Below, in pieces: positions 30,201 through 39,481 of a DNA stretch of 64,000 nt (position 1 is the stretch's first letter; each line of letters starts with the position of its first letter). Both the position numbers and the translations under genes were made by a program. The notes beneath the pieces were generated by a model. That model had not been told where the DNA came from and ran no database searches. It saw nothing but the letters and a program-made list of their open reading frames with translations. Source of the stretch: Gammaproteobacteria bacterium (GTDB taxonomy: Bacteria; Pseudomonadota; Gammaproteobacteria; CBDDKY01); contig CBDDKY010000003.1 of assembly GCA_965230455.1 (NCBI GenBank), forward strand, positions 45,626-109,625. The letters run 5' to 3'.

Positions 30201-30578
30201 AGCGGCAGCGAAGCAATCCAGGGTGGTAGGCTGACTTGTTCTATTTTTTCAGTGAACTAGAAACAGGTATGCCCTCTCTTGAACAAGGCAAGGCGTTATG
30301 TATTCAGAATGCACAGCTTCGTGGTTTAAACTTTCCTAGGATTTAATTTGGATTGCCGCGCTGCCGCTCGCAAGGACGAATAAGGTGGTGCGTAACAAGT
30401 TGATGTAGAATGGTTTTTTTAGGGTGTGCTTGAGCGTTCATCATTCTTTGTGAAAGCAAACAGTATTGAGTAATAAACTAACGGGTACGCCCGAAAAAAT
30501 ACACTCTCTCTCAGTAGCTTGCAGCCCCTCTTACTCGTCGTTGCGAGCGGCAGCGAAGCAATCCAGGGTGGTAGGCTC
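27262..30578 (-). repeat. Tandem array B of the same ~345-bp unit, about 10 units, in inverted orientation relative to arrays A and C.
   Basis: It is the reverse complement of the array-A unit, for example 'ggattgccgcgctgccgctcgcaacgacgaataaggtggtgcgtaacaagttg'. It starts about 30 bp after the priA stop and ends about 115 bp before the GNAT gene. Confidence 0.9.
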
Positions 30579-30692
30579 GAGATTTCTCACGTTAAAATCA
30601 CCCCCTTCTTTGAAAGTTTATGCTACAATTTCTTGAAATTTCAGAACTCATAAAGGACGTTGTCCATGCCTCTGACTAAAATATAGAAAATT

Positions 30693-31562
30693 ATGATAAT
30701 ACGCCTAGAAAAATTGTCTCGTCTTAGCATGAACCAATTCAATCAAATCAAAAAGTTGGCCGAGCTCTGTGAAAGAGTGGATGGGAGTCTAATCAAGCAT
30801 TACTGGAATATCCTGCAAGCACGCCGCACACGGGAGTTTGATGACTTTTGTTATTCGATAGATAATCGTTTAGTGGCACATTTAGCGACTTACGTCTTTA
30901 AGCCTCATGAGGCAGAAATCAGTGCAATGGTACACCCTCACCATCGACAGCAAGGGATTTTCTCACGCCTTTTTCAAGAGGCTCACTATGAATTAAAACA
31001 CCGTGGTATCCAACGCATGCTTTTGGTTTGTAAGCATGGCTTTACGCCCGCAGAAACTTGTCTAACCGGTTTGGGCGCTACTTATTCACATTCAGAATAT
31101 GAAATGGCTCTCGCGCCACGTGACTTTACACCCTCATCAAAAGAAACGAGTCTAACCATAAACCGCGCCGCCCCCAAAGATATTCCCTGTCTGGCGACAA
31201 TGGACAAAGATGCCTTTCAAACCTGCCCAAAAGAAGCTAGCGAAAACTTAAAGCACGCTTTGCAAGATCAGAAGAAAATTATTTACATCGCACTCAGCTC
31301 CACGGGCGATCCTGTTGGGAAAATACATTTCCGCCAGGAAACCGGTCACCAAGTGTTGCATGACTTTTGTGTGTTAAGCTCTCTGCGAGGTCAGGGGTAT
31401 GGCGAGCAAATACTGACAAAATCTTTGGAAAGTATTTTTAATACACCGTGCAAACGCGTTGTTCTCGATGTGGTTTTTGATAATGAGAGAGCGTTATCCC
31501 TTTACAAAAAACATGGCTTCTCTATCACAGCTGATTTTGATTTTTGGGGGCAAACAATATGA
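30693..31562 (+). CDS. GNAT-family N-acetyltransferase with two tandem acetyltransferase-like halves.
   Basis: An acetyl-CoA-binding type motif 'RQQGIFSRLFQ' in the first half and 'LRGQGYGEQIL' in the second half, with 'LYKKHGF' close to the C-terminus. Confidence 0.65.
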   Translation: MIIRLEKLSRLSMNQFNQIKKLAELCERVDGSLIKHYWNILQARRTREFDDFCYSIDNRLVAHLATYVFKPHEAEISAMVHPHHRQQGIFSRLFQEAHYELKHRGIQRMLLVCKHGFTPAETCLTGLGATYSHSEYEMALAPRDFTPSSKETSLTINRAAPKDIPCLATMDKDAFQTCPKEASENLKHALQDQKKIIYIALSSTGDPVGKIHFRQETGHQVLHDFCVLSSLRGQGYGEQILTKSLESIFNTPCKRVVLDVVFDNERALSLYKKHGFSITADFDFWGQTI

Positions 31563-32380
31563 GAGATACTCTACAGCGATTTTTATTTGAGCATCAATCC
31601 ATTCGTGGCGAAATTGTGCATCTTAATAATAGCTATCGTACCATTCTTGCACAACACCCTTATCCAACGCCGTTAAAGAATTTTCTAGGTCAGATGCTAG
31701 GCGCCTCAGTGTTATTAGCTGCCACCTTAAAAACTGAAGAACCCTTAACCCTACAAATAAAAGGGCAAGGTCCCTTATCTTTATTGGTCGTACAAGCAGA
31801 TAATGCTATACACGTCAGAGGTATGGCGCAGTGGAAAACAGCAGCAGAAGAATTAACATGGCAAGAAGCCGTCGGGCCTAACGGCGTTTTAGCCATGCTT
31901 TCTGAGCGTGCTGACAAGAAATATCAAGCCATTGTGCCCCTACAGGGGGATAGCTTAGCGCAATGCATCGAAACGTATTTCTATCAATCGGAACAATTGC
32001 CCACGAAACTTTGTCTATTTAATGATGAACAGCAATGCACAGGCCTGCTTCTGCAGGTGATGCCAGACTATGACCCGCAGTACTGGAAACACATTGAGAT
32101 GCTGGCCAATACGCTAACGGCCGAAGAGCTATTACAGTTGGACAATGAAACCATACTACGGCGGCTCTTCCATCAAGAAGCGGTGCGCCTCTTTGATCCA
32201 ACCCCCGCAAGCTTTCAATGTCGTTGCTCACTTCCCAACATGGAGGTTGCCATTCGCGCCCTGGGCATGAATGACGCGATGGCCTTGGTCAACAGAGAAA
32301 AACTATTGGCCGTAACCTGCGAATTCTGTAATCAAACCTATGAGTTTGATCCCATCGATGTGGAAGCGTTGTTTCGTTAA
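31559..32380 (+). CDS. hslO: Redox-regulated chaperone Hsp33.
   Basis: 'LQRFLFEHQSIRGEIVHL' parallels the Hsp33 N-terminus. The C-terminal zinc centre is 'CRC...C..C' ('FQCRCSL...VTCEFCNQTYEF'). The ATG at 31559 overlaps the GNAT stop. The ORF-track start is a TTG codon. Confidence 0.88.
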   Translation: MRDTLQRFLFEHQSIRGEIVHLNNSYRTILAQHPYPTPLKNFLGQMLGASVLLAATLKTEEPLTLQIKGQGPLSLLVVQADNAIHVRGMAQWKTAAEELTWQEAVGPNGVLAMLSERADKKYQAIVPLQGDSLAQCIETYFYQSEQLPTKLCLFNDEQQCTGLLLQVMPDYDPQYWKHIEMLANTLTAEELLQLDNETILRRLFHQEAVRLFDPTPASFQCRCSLPNMEVAIRALGMNDAMALVNREKLLAVTCEFCNQTYEFDPIDVEALFR

Positions 32381-32402
32381 CCCAAAAAGCGTGATTTTAG
32401 GG

Positions 32403-33299
32403 TTAAGGCGCTTTTTGCGGATTTTTGCCTTTTTCTTCTGCTATCCGAGCTAGTCGCATCCCCATCAATGCGGCCTTGTGGTAATAAGTTTTCGCACGTG
32501 TCGCATCTTTTGTAACGCCCTCGCCAAACTCATACATATTCCCTAAGCGCACCAATGCCCACTGTTTAGAAAACATAGATACCTTTTTATCTTCTACGAC
32601 AGCCTTATACATACTTTTAGCTTTAGCAAAATCTTGTGGCACACCACTACCAAAGTAATATAAATTAGCTAATTCATAACGTGCATCACCACTGCCTTGC
32701 TGCATAGCTTTGGTGAACCAAACTTTAGCCTTCTTATTATCTCGAGGTAAAACAGGATCGTCCACATAACTTAATCCGTAATAAAGCTGTCCCGTAGCAT
32801 CACCTTGTTTGGCCGCCAAAGCGTACCAATGCTGCATGGCCAAATGCCATTGCTTTTTCTCATGCTTTCTGGTTTTTGGGTGTGCATGCGATGCCACATA
32901 CACTTGACCATAGGCTACCTGGGCCGCCGCATTGCCTGCTTTGGCGGCTTTCTGAAATTCATCAACGGCAAGCACCGGCTGGGCTTTAACACCTAAACCA
33001 TAAAGGTAAGCCACACCCAGCTGATATTGCGCCTTGGCATCACCCGCTTTAGCGGCTTTTTGTAGTGCTTTTGCATTCTCCAACAGCGCAGGCGTTTCTA
33101 TACCCACACGACACAAAGAAATAGCGTAACGAAACTCATTCTGTACTAATTTATCACCCTGCGCCGTTAATGCCTTCGCGCAATAAAGCTGGCCATGCTC
33201 AATAGCTCTCAAATAATCATCAAAAGACACAAGGTTAGAAGCAGCATGAGCTACTCCCATACTTACCAGCATCATCAGCAGTCCAACTAGTCGCTTCAC
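32403..33299 (-). CDS. Secreted Sel1-repeat (TPR-like) protein resembling EnhC/LpnE.
   Basis: Signal peptide 'MKRLVGLLMMLVSMGVAHA', followed by at least 6 Sel1 repeats such as 'AQYQLGVAYLYGLGV', 'ARYELANLYYFGSGVPQDFAKA' and 'ALVRLGNMYEFGEGVTKD'. Confidence 0.85.
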   Translation of the reverse strand: MKRLVGLLMMLVSMGVAHAASNLVSFDDYLRAIEHGQLYCAKALTAQGDKLVQNEFRYAISLCRVGIETPALLENAKALQKAAKAGDAKAQYQLGVAYLYGLGVKAQPVLAVDEFQKAAKAGNAAAQVAYGQVYVASHAHPKTRKHEKKQWHLAMQHWYALAAKQGDATGQLYYGLSYVDDPVLPRDNKKAKVWFTKAMQQGSGDARYELANLYYFGSGVPQDFAKAKSMYKAVVEDKKVSMFSKQWALVRLGNMYEFGEGVTKDATRAKTYYHKAALMGMRLARIAEEKGKNPQKAP

Positions 33300-33429
33300 G
33301 TTAAATCTCGCTTACTTACTCTTTTACAAACCCTTATCATACAAGCATGTCCTGCCTGTGGCAATCCATAGGCTTTTAGCTTAGAATGTCTACAATTGCT
33401 AAACCTTCTTTCTACCTTAAGCTACTGTC

Positions 33430-35445
33430 ATGCAAGAACTTAATCCCCAACAACGCGAGGCCATCACCTACGCGGCAGGCCCTCTCTTGGTGTTGGCTGG
33501 TGCAGGCAGTGGCAAAACCCGCGTCATCACAGAGAAAATTGCCCATCTTATCAATCATTGCCAGCTATCCCCCCGTCATATTACAGCGGTTACCTTTACC
33601 AATAAGGCTGCCAAGGAAATGCAACAGCGTGTGGGTAATTTGCTGGATGCTAAAGCTAAGCGCGGTCTACGTATTTCAACTTTTCATACCCTGGGATTAA
33701 CTATTCTCAAAAAACACAGCGAGGCTGTAGGTCTGAAGGCGAATTTCTCTATTTTTGATGCAGAAGATAGCTTAGGGCTATTGCGTGAATTAATACCCAG
33801 TGAGCAACGTTTAGACAAAGACTATTATCGCGGTTTACAGTCACGCATTTCGCAGTGGAAAAATGATCTATTGAGCCCTATACAAGCTCAACAACAAGCT
33901 GAGGATGAAGAAACCCTAAAGACTGCACAACTCTACGAACATTATCAACGACATTTGCAAGCTTATAATGCGGTTGATTTTGATGATTTAATTTTCCTCC
34001 CCACACGTCTTTTGCAATCAAATTCAGATATCCGTGAGCGCTGGCAACACAGCATCCATTACTTATTGGTGGATGAATATCAAGACACCAGCGAAAATCA
34101 ATATACCCTGATTAAGCTACTAACCGGTATTCGACAAAAGTTAATGGTAGTGGGCGATGATGATCAATCCATCTATGCCTGGCGTGGCGCCAACCCTGAA
34201 AACATTCACGCGCTACAACGAGATTTTCCAACACTTAAAGTTGTGAAACTGGAACAAAATTACCGTTCCTTCGGCAACATTTTGCGTGCAGCAAACCATG
34301 TTATCCAAAATAACCCGAGACTTTTTCATAAAAATCTTTGGAGCAACCTAGGTACAGGCGATAAACTAGGTGTGTTATATTGTCGGAGTGAAGAGCATGA
34401 AGCTGAACAAGTGGTGGCCCAACTCATAGCCCACCGAATCCAACAAGGAACGCAGCAAGGAGATTATGCTATCCTCTACCGGAGTAATCATCAGTCCAGA
34501 CCTCTCGAAAAAGTATTAAGGCACCATAGTATCCCCTATCATATTACGGGTGGTCAATCTTTTTTCGCCCGTACAGAAATTAAAGACATTCTAGCTTACT
34601 TACGCCTGGTGACCAATCCAACTGATGATGCTGCTTTTTTACGTATCATTAACGTCCCTCGTCGAGGTATCGGCGCAACAACGCTAGAAAAATTAGGCCA
34701 CTATGCGAAAACTCGTCAAGTCAGCCTTTTCCAAGCTTGCAGTGATTTGGGACTTGGCGAACACCTTTCAGGAGCAGGTCTAAAAGCATTGCGCCTGTTT
34801 CAACAATGGATAGAACAGCTGCAGCGAGACTGCCAAAGCCCTGCGCCCATGGAACCTCTCCGACAAATGCTGAAAGAAATGGACTACTTTAATTGGTTAG
34901 ACGAAACCAGTAGCAAGCCCAGTGTTGCTGAAAAACGCATCGAAAACGTGCAGGATTTTTATAAATGGATTCAGAAACTTATAGAGAAAGAGGACGAAGA
35001 TAAAGCGCAAGATATGCTCGGGACCGTGGTTAATAAAATCATCCTGTTAGATAGGCTAGAACAACAAAACGAATCCCCAGACTGCGTACAATTGATGACC
35101 ATCCATGCAGCCAAAGGCTTAGAGTTTCCTCATGTCTTTGTGCTCGGCATGGAAGAAAAAATTCTTCCCCACAAAAATAGCCTGGAAGCGGAAACCTTAG
35201 AAGAAGAACGCAGACTCGCTTATGTAGCTATTACCCGCGCCAAACGCAGCCTCACCTTTTCCTTAGCTGCCAAGCGACTACAGCAAGGCGAAATGATGGC
35301 TACAGAGCCCTCACGCTTTCTATTAGAAATTCCCGACGAAGATTTACAGTGGCAAGGCCACCCCCGTAAGAAAAAAGACCCTGAAGAAAGTCTCGCGCAA
35401 GGCAAAAACCATTTGAGTGCACTAAAGGCAATGTTAGGGAGATAG
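33430..35445 (+). CDS. rep: ATP-dependent DNA helicase Rep.
   Basis: 671 aa in the UvrD/Rep family: 'LNPQQREAI..GPLLVLAGAGSGKTRVI', 'LLVDEYQDTS', 'VVGDDDQSIYAWRGA', 'YRSNHQSR'. It has the shorter Rep-type C-terminus. Confidence 0.9.
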   Translation: MQELNPQQREAITYAAGPLLVLAGAGSGKTRVITEKIAHLINHCQLSPRHITAVTFTNKAAKEMQQRVGNLLDAKAKRGLRISTFHTLGLTILKKHSEAVGLKANFSIFDAEDSLGLLRELIPSEQRLDKDYYRGLQSRISQWKNDLLSPIQAQQQAEDEETLKTAQLYEHYQRHLQAYNAVDFDDLIFLPTRLLQSNSDIRERWQHSIHYLLVDEYQDTSENQYTLIKLLTGIRQKLMVVGDDDQSIYAWRGANPENIHALQRDFPTLKVVKLEQNYRSFGNILRAANHVIQNNPRLFHKNLWSNLGTGDKLGVLYCRSEEHEAEQVVAQLIAHRIQQGTQQGDYAILYRSNHQSRPLEKVLRHHSIPYHITGGQSFFARTEIKDILAYLRLVTNPTDDAAFLRIINVPRRGIGATTLEKLGHYAKTRQVSLFQACSDLGLGEHLSGAGLKALRLFQQWIEQLQRDCQSPAPMEPLRQMLKEMDYFNWLDETSSKPSVAEKRIENVQDFYKWIQKLIEKEDEDKAQDMLGTVVNKIILLDRLEQQNESPDCVQLMTIHAAKGLEFPHVFVLGMEEKILPHKNSLEAETLEEERRLAYVAITRAKRSLTFSLAAKRLQQGEMMATEPSRFLLEIPDEDLQWQGHPRKKKDPEESLAQGKNHLSALKAMLGR

Positions 35446-35454
35446 TGGGCCCCA

Positions 35455-35885
35455 AGATTTTTCAGCAATTCCCGCTGGCCTTGAATGATTATAAATATCA
35501 ATAAGTTACAGATTTTTGGGTGAATATTTTTCGCAATCATTCTGCGGGAATGGCTTCCTGTTGGAAACGCATTCTATTGGTTAGCACCGGCTCGAGCATC
35601 CTTGCTCGAGCGTGCGCCCTAAAAAAAGCAATGCTTTTTTTAGACGGGCTTACCCTGCGCAAACCAAGTTTGCGCGGACGGCGATTTACTCTGAAGACAA
35701 ATTTCTTGCTGGCGTCCCTGCCGGAATTCCATAACTTTTGGATAACCCTGCTCGGCCTTCCTAGCCTCGCGTTTGCCCTTCAGCAAAGTTATACTTTGCT
35801 GTCCCGCTTCGCGGGAACACGGCTCACCCTTAAAAATCCCCACGCGATAGGTTGGCAATTCCCAGCGGGAATTACTGAAGATTTT
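35455..35885. repeat. MITE-like element of about 430 bp, bounded by about 17-bp inverted repeats of the REP-like palindrome 'tcagYaattcccgctgg'.
   Basis: 'ttcagcaattcccgctgg' at 35461-35479 and 'ccagcgggaattactgaag' at 35858-35876. The interior carries several GC-rich 'cccgc..gcggg' hairpins. The ORFs called inside are probably spurious. Confidence 0.6.
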
Positions 35886-35976
35886 TATTAAATGTGGCAG
35901 AAATCGCTGATTAATGACACCAGCTCCTTTTTACTTTAGAATCTCCTAATTCAATACTTGGTTGTAATTTAAAAGA

Positions 35977-36840
35977 ATGCTCAACGATTTTTTCTACAAA
36001 CTCACGCAATATGGCATACCTCAACAAGCGGCTTCTCGTTTAATGGGTAAACTTACTTCTTGCCAAACCCCTGTCGTTAAAAATTATCTCATCAAGAAAT
36101 TTGTCAAGCGCTATGGGGTTAATTTGCAGGAGGCTAAACGAACACTTCCCACCGAATATACTGATTTTAATGATTTTTTTACTCGGCAATTGAAAGATAA
36201 CCTGCGCCCCTTACATAGTGGCACGCACTCGGTTATTAGCCCTGTCGACGGTGCAGTTAGCCAATTAGGACGAATAAAATCTGGGCATTTGATTCAGGCC
36301 AAGGGCCGTACTTTCACTGCTCATGAACTATTGGGTGGCACCACAAAGGACAGTAAGCACTTTACCGAAGGCCACTTTGCCACACTATATTTATCGCCCA
36401 AGGATTATCACCGTGTCCACATGCCCCTTGATGGCACCTTACAAAGCATGACTTACATTCCGGGTCGACTTTTTTCGGTGAGCCCACGCTCTGCCGACCT
36501 CATTCCCAATGTCTTTGCGCGCAACGAGCGGCTAGCTTGTCTGTTTGATACGCCAGCAGGCCCCATGGCCATAGTGCTTGTGGGTGCTTTTTTTGTGGCC
36601 AGCATTGCTACCGTTTGGTCTGGCTTGATGACACCTAATACCCAAAAAGCTATCTCGCGCCAATGCTATGACGAAGCCACCCACCGTATTCATCTCAACC
36701 GAGGTGAAGAAATGGGGCACTTTCAATTAGGTTCCACGGTAATTTTACTGTTTGGACCCGATAGCGTGCAATGGGCGGGCGATATCCGCGCCGCAAGCAC
36801 CATCAAAATGGGACAATTATTAGGAACATGTTCGACATGA
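35977..36840 (+). CDS. psd: Phosphatidylserine decarboxylase proenzyme.
   Basis: Collinear with bacterial Psd. It has the C-terminal 'FQLGSTV' self-cleavage site (LGST). Confidence 0.92.
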   Translation: MLNDFFYKLTQYGIPQQAASRLMGKLTSCQTPVVKNYLIKKFVKRYGVNLQEAKRTLPTEYTDFNDFFTRQLKDNLRPLHSGTHSVISPVDGAVSQLGRIKSGHLIQAKGRTFTAHELLGGTTKDSKHFTEGHFATLYLSPKDYHRVHMPLDGTLQSMTYIPGRLFSVSPRSADLIPNVFARNERLACLFDTPAGPMAIVLVGAFFVASIATVWSGLMTPNTQKAISRQCYDEATHRIHLNRGEEMGHFQLGSTVILLFGPDSVQWAGDIRAASTIKMGQLLGTCST

Positions 36841-38240
36841 TCAACCAACCTTCGCAACCGCCTAAACGCGTCTTAAGCTTATTTAGCTTGGTGATGATCA
36901 ATGTCATCGCCGTGGACAGTCTGCGCAGCTTACCCTTTGGTGCTGAATACGGTTTGGCCGTCATTTTCTTCTACGCCTTAGCAGGCCTTTGCTTTTTTGT
37001 GCCCATCGCTTTAGTTAGTGCAGAACTGGCCACGGCCTGGCCTAAAACCGGTGGACTGTATGTGTGGGTGCGAGAAGCCTTTGGGGTACGCTGGGGGTTT
37101 TTAGCCATTTGGCTACAATGGATTTACAACGTAGTCTGGTATCCTACCATTTTATCTTTTTTAGCAGCTACTGTTATTTATTTGATAAACCCCGCCCTTT
37201 TGACGCACAAACTCTTCATGCTGGTTATTATTTTAATCTTATTTTGGACGGCAACCTTTGTTAACTGTTTAGGCATGCGTGCTTCCAGCATGCTAAGCAC
37301 CTTGGGCGCTATTGTCGGCACTTTACTGCCTATGTTTTTTATTATTTTATTAGGCCTACTTTGGCTATGGGAAGGCAAACCCACCCAAATTCAATTCACC
37401 TGGGGACAAGCTATTCCAAATTTAACGCACTGGGGAAACTTAAGTTTTTTAAGTGTGGTTGTATTTGGTTTAATTGGCCTGGAAATGTCAGCTTCTCACG
37501 CTGAAGAAGTGAAAAATCCTGAAAGGAACTTCCCACGTGCACTGTTAATTTCAGCACTGCTTATTTGGTGTACCCTAGTGCTTGCCTCGCTTGCCATCGC
37601 TATTGTTATTCCCCCCAAACAAATAGACTTGGTAGCAGGCCTCATTGCCGCGTTTGAAGTATTTTTTAAAGCCTATCACATGACATGGATGGGCCCGGTT
37701 ATTGCCACCCTTATTGTCATCGGCGGATTTAGTGGTGTTGGCGCTTGGCTCATCGGCCCGACTAAGGGTCTATTAGCGGCCGCCCACGATGGCAGCATTC
37801 CACCTTTTTTTCAAAGAACTAATAGAAAAGGCGTTCCAACCCGCCTGCTGCTGGCACAAGGCATTATTTTTACACTCATGTGTACGATATTTTTCTTGAT
37901 GCCTTCCGTTAATAGCTCCTATTGGGTTTTAAGCGCCATGACCGCACAGTTGGCCCTGCTAACCTATCTATTATTTTTTGCAGCCGCTATTCGCCTGCGT
38001 TATAAATTTCCCAAAGCCCCAAACACTTACCGTATTCCTGGTGGAAAACTGGGTATCTGGTGCATAGGATTGCTCGGTGTTTTTACCTGTTTGGGAGCAA
38101 CCTTACTTGGCTTTATTCCCCCTTCACAGATTAAGACAGGCAGTCTTGTAACCTATGAGTGTGTGTTGGTGGGCGGCATCATCATTTTTTGCGGTTTGCC
38201 TTTTCTAATCCGGGTATTTGCAGCCACTTCTAAGGAATGA
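36828..38240 (+). CDS. APC-superfamily amino-acid permease or antiporter with about 12 TM segments.
   Basis: The hydrophobic profile and motifs 'GLYVWV..AFG', 'GLEMSASHAEEVKNP' and 'YRIPGG' are typical of GadC/Arc-type antiporters. The ATG at 36828 overlaps the psd stop. Confidence 0.8.
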   Translation: MFDMINQPSQPPKRVLSLFSLVMINVIAVDSLRSLPFGAEYGLAVIFFYALAGLCFFVPIALVSAELATAWPKTGGLYVWVREAFGVRWGFLAIWLQWIYNVVWYPTILSFLAATVIYLINPALLTHKLFMLVIILILFWTATFVNCLGMRASSMLSTLGAIVGTLLPMFFIILLGLLWLWEGKPTQIQFTWGQAIPNLTHWGNLSFLSVVVFGLIGLEMSASHAEEVKNPERNFPRALLISALLIWCTLVLASLAIAIVIPPKQIDLVAGLIAAFEVFFKAYHMTWMGPVIATLIVIGGFSGVGAWLIGPTKGLLAAAHDGSIPPFFQRTNRKGVPTRLLLAQGIIFTLMCTIFFLMPSVNSSYWVLSAMTAQLALLTYLLFFAAAIRLRYKFPKAPNTYRIPGGKLGIWCIGLLGVFTCLGATLLGFIPPSQIKTGSLVTYECVLVGGIIIFCGLPFLIRVFAATSKE

Positions 38241-38324
38241 AAAAGCTTGTAAGCCCAAAGTCAACATGCTACTGGAACTACTCAATGGTGGACAATTTCA
38301 ACTGCCTCATTTAGACTAAGCAAT

Positions 38325-38425
38325 TCATCTTCACGCTGTAGCTTGAACCGCGTATCTTAACTCAGCCGTTCAACAACTCGGGAGCAAACCTCTGAGGTTT
38401 CTCACTTTAAATCACGTTTTTGGAG
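38325..38425 (+). repeat. Repeat family R3, copy 2, immediately upstream of the secreted-protein gene.
   Basis: Matches 17755-17840. Its leading 'ttcacgctgtagcttg' also resembles the R4 end. Confidence 0.6.
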
Positions 38426-38433
38426 CTTTACGC

Positions 38434-38928
38434 ATGCAAAAATCATTTCAACTATTACTCCTTGGTTTTCTTTTTTTTGTTCAGTCTTCATCAGCAAACA
38501 CTTTATCTGTCGGTGAAAACGGTCTCTCCTATCAAGGAGAGCAATATCAAAAACTCTTAACCTTCCAAGAGGCCTTAAAGACTTGCAAAGTAGGTACTTA
38601 TCCCATGATATCAATTGACTTCACACCCACAACTAAAGCTATGGGCGAAGTAAACATCATAGGTATAGAAAACAACCACTGCAAAGTTGTTACTACACAA
38701 TTTATAGCAACCTACAACGCCCAAACTCAACACTTTGAACCTGTAAGCGAAGACTCCAAACATAACATTGTCTGCCATTATAAGCTAAGCGACTTGCCGG
38801 TATTATCTGAGCAATATATTAAAATGCCTAACAACCGCGTTAAAACAAATCCTGATAGTTATTCAAAGGTTAAATCAATTAAAAATAGTAGCTGTGCAAT
38901 TGAAGGTGGCGGTATTTTATTACAATAA
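38434..38928 (+). CDS. Small secreted protein of unknown function (signal peptide). The gene is AT-rich.
   Basis: 'MQKSFQLLLLGFLFFVQSSSA' looks like a signal peptide. The mature protein has 3 Cys. GC content is well below the flanking core genes. Confidence 0.55.
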   Translation: MQKSFQLLLLGFLFFVQSSSANTLSVGENGLSYQGEQYQKLLTFQEALKTCKVGTYPMISIDFTPTTKAMGEVNIIGIENNHCKVVTTQFIATYNAQTQHFEPVSEDSKHNIVCHYKLSDLPVLSEQYIKMPNNRVKTNPDSYSKVKSIKNSSCAIEGGGILLQ

Positions 38929-38990
38929 CTTGTTGATCTGTCAACACTTTTCCAGATAGTTTTATTATTAAATTCTATTTGCTCTTTCAA

Positions 38991-39320
38991 CCTAAAATCG
39001 GCAGTCAATCGCGTCTTTTTGGTGTAACAGATTGATTTAGCCTAACATCAGCAGTCAATCGCGCTTTTTTGGTGTAACAGATTGATTTAGACAAGGAAAC
39101 TAAAAAGGGAAATAAGCAATGACTGCCACAGACATCCTGTCGCAAGGCTCTTGTTCTTATCAGTCCCAGCTCGGACATCCTGTCCTCGCGCTCACCAGAC
39201 TGCGATGTGCCACTGGCACATCGTTCTGGTTCACCCTTATTGGTGATGGAGACTTTTTTTGCTTTCTTAGATGAATCCAGATGTTATCGCCAAAAACGTG
39301 ATTTAACTGCTGATTTTAGG
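38991..39320 (+). repeat. MITE-like element family R2, copy 2, with a 50-bp tandem duplication of its left end.
   Basis: The reverse complement of 21048-21327. 'cctaaaatcggcagtcaatcgcg..gatttag' occurs twice in succession. Confidence 0.75.
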
Positions 39321-39324
39321 TTGA

Positions 39325-39452
39325 AGGAACGAGGGACAAATTTGTGTTTATTTGAGGCAGCATAGTGAACTATGTCACGAAAATACACGCAAATTTGCAC
39401 CCGTTTTATTCAAATTGCAGCGTGAAAATGAATTGTCAACAGACCCTAATAA
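39325..39452 (-). repeat. Repeat family R4, full copy of about 130 bp, upstream of the AEC transporter gene.
   Basis: The reverse complement of 52504-52642. It includes 'gtgaaaatgaattgtcaacag'. Confidence 0.7.
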
Positions 39453-39481
39453 GGTGCAAATAACTGCGTAACTATGTATCT

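Noticed and set aside
27262-30578. Considered whether the arrays could be a CRISPR array or an integron cassette array.
   Set aside because: The units are about 345 bp with no alternating unique spacers. No cas or intI genes are nearby. attC sites are much shorter and separate ORF cassettes, which are absent here.
35520-35891. 123-aa ORF (and an antisense 72-aa ORF) inside the 430-bp MITE after rep.
   Set aside because: It is entirely contained in a GC-rich hairpin-dense repeat bounded by inverted repeats. There is no RBS and no similarity to anything recognisable.
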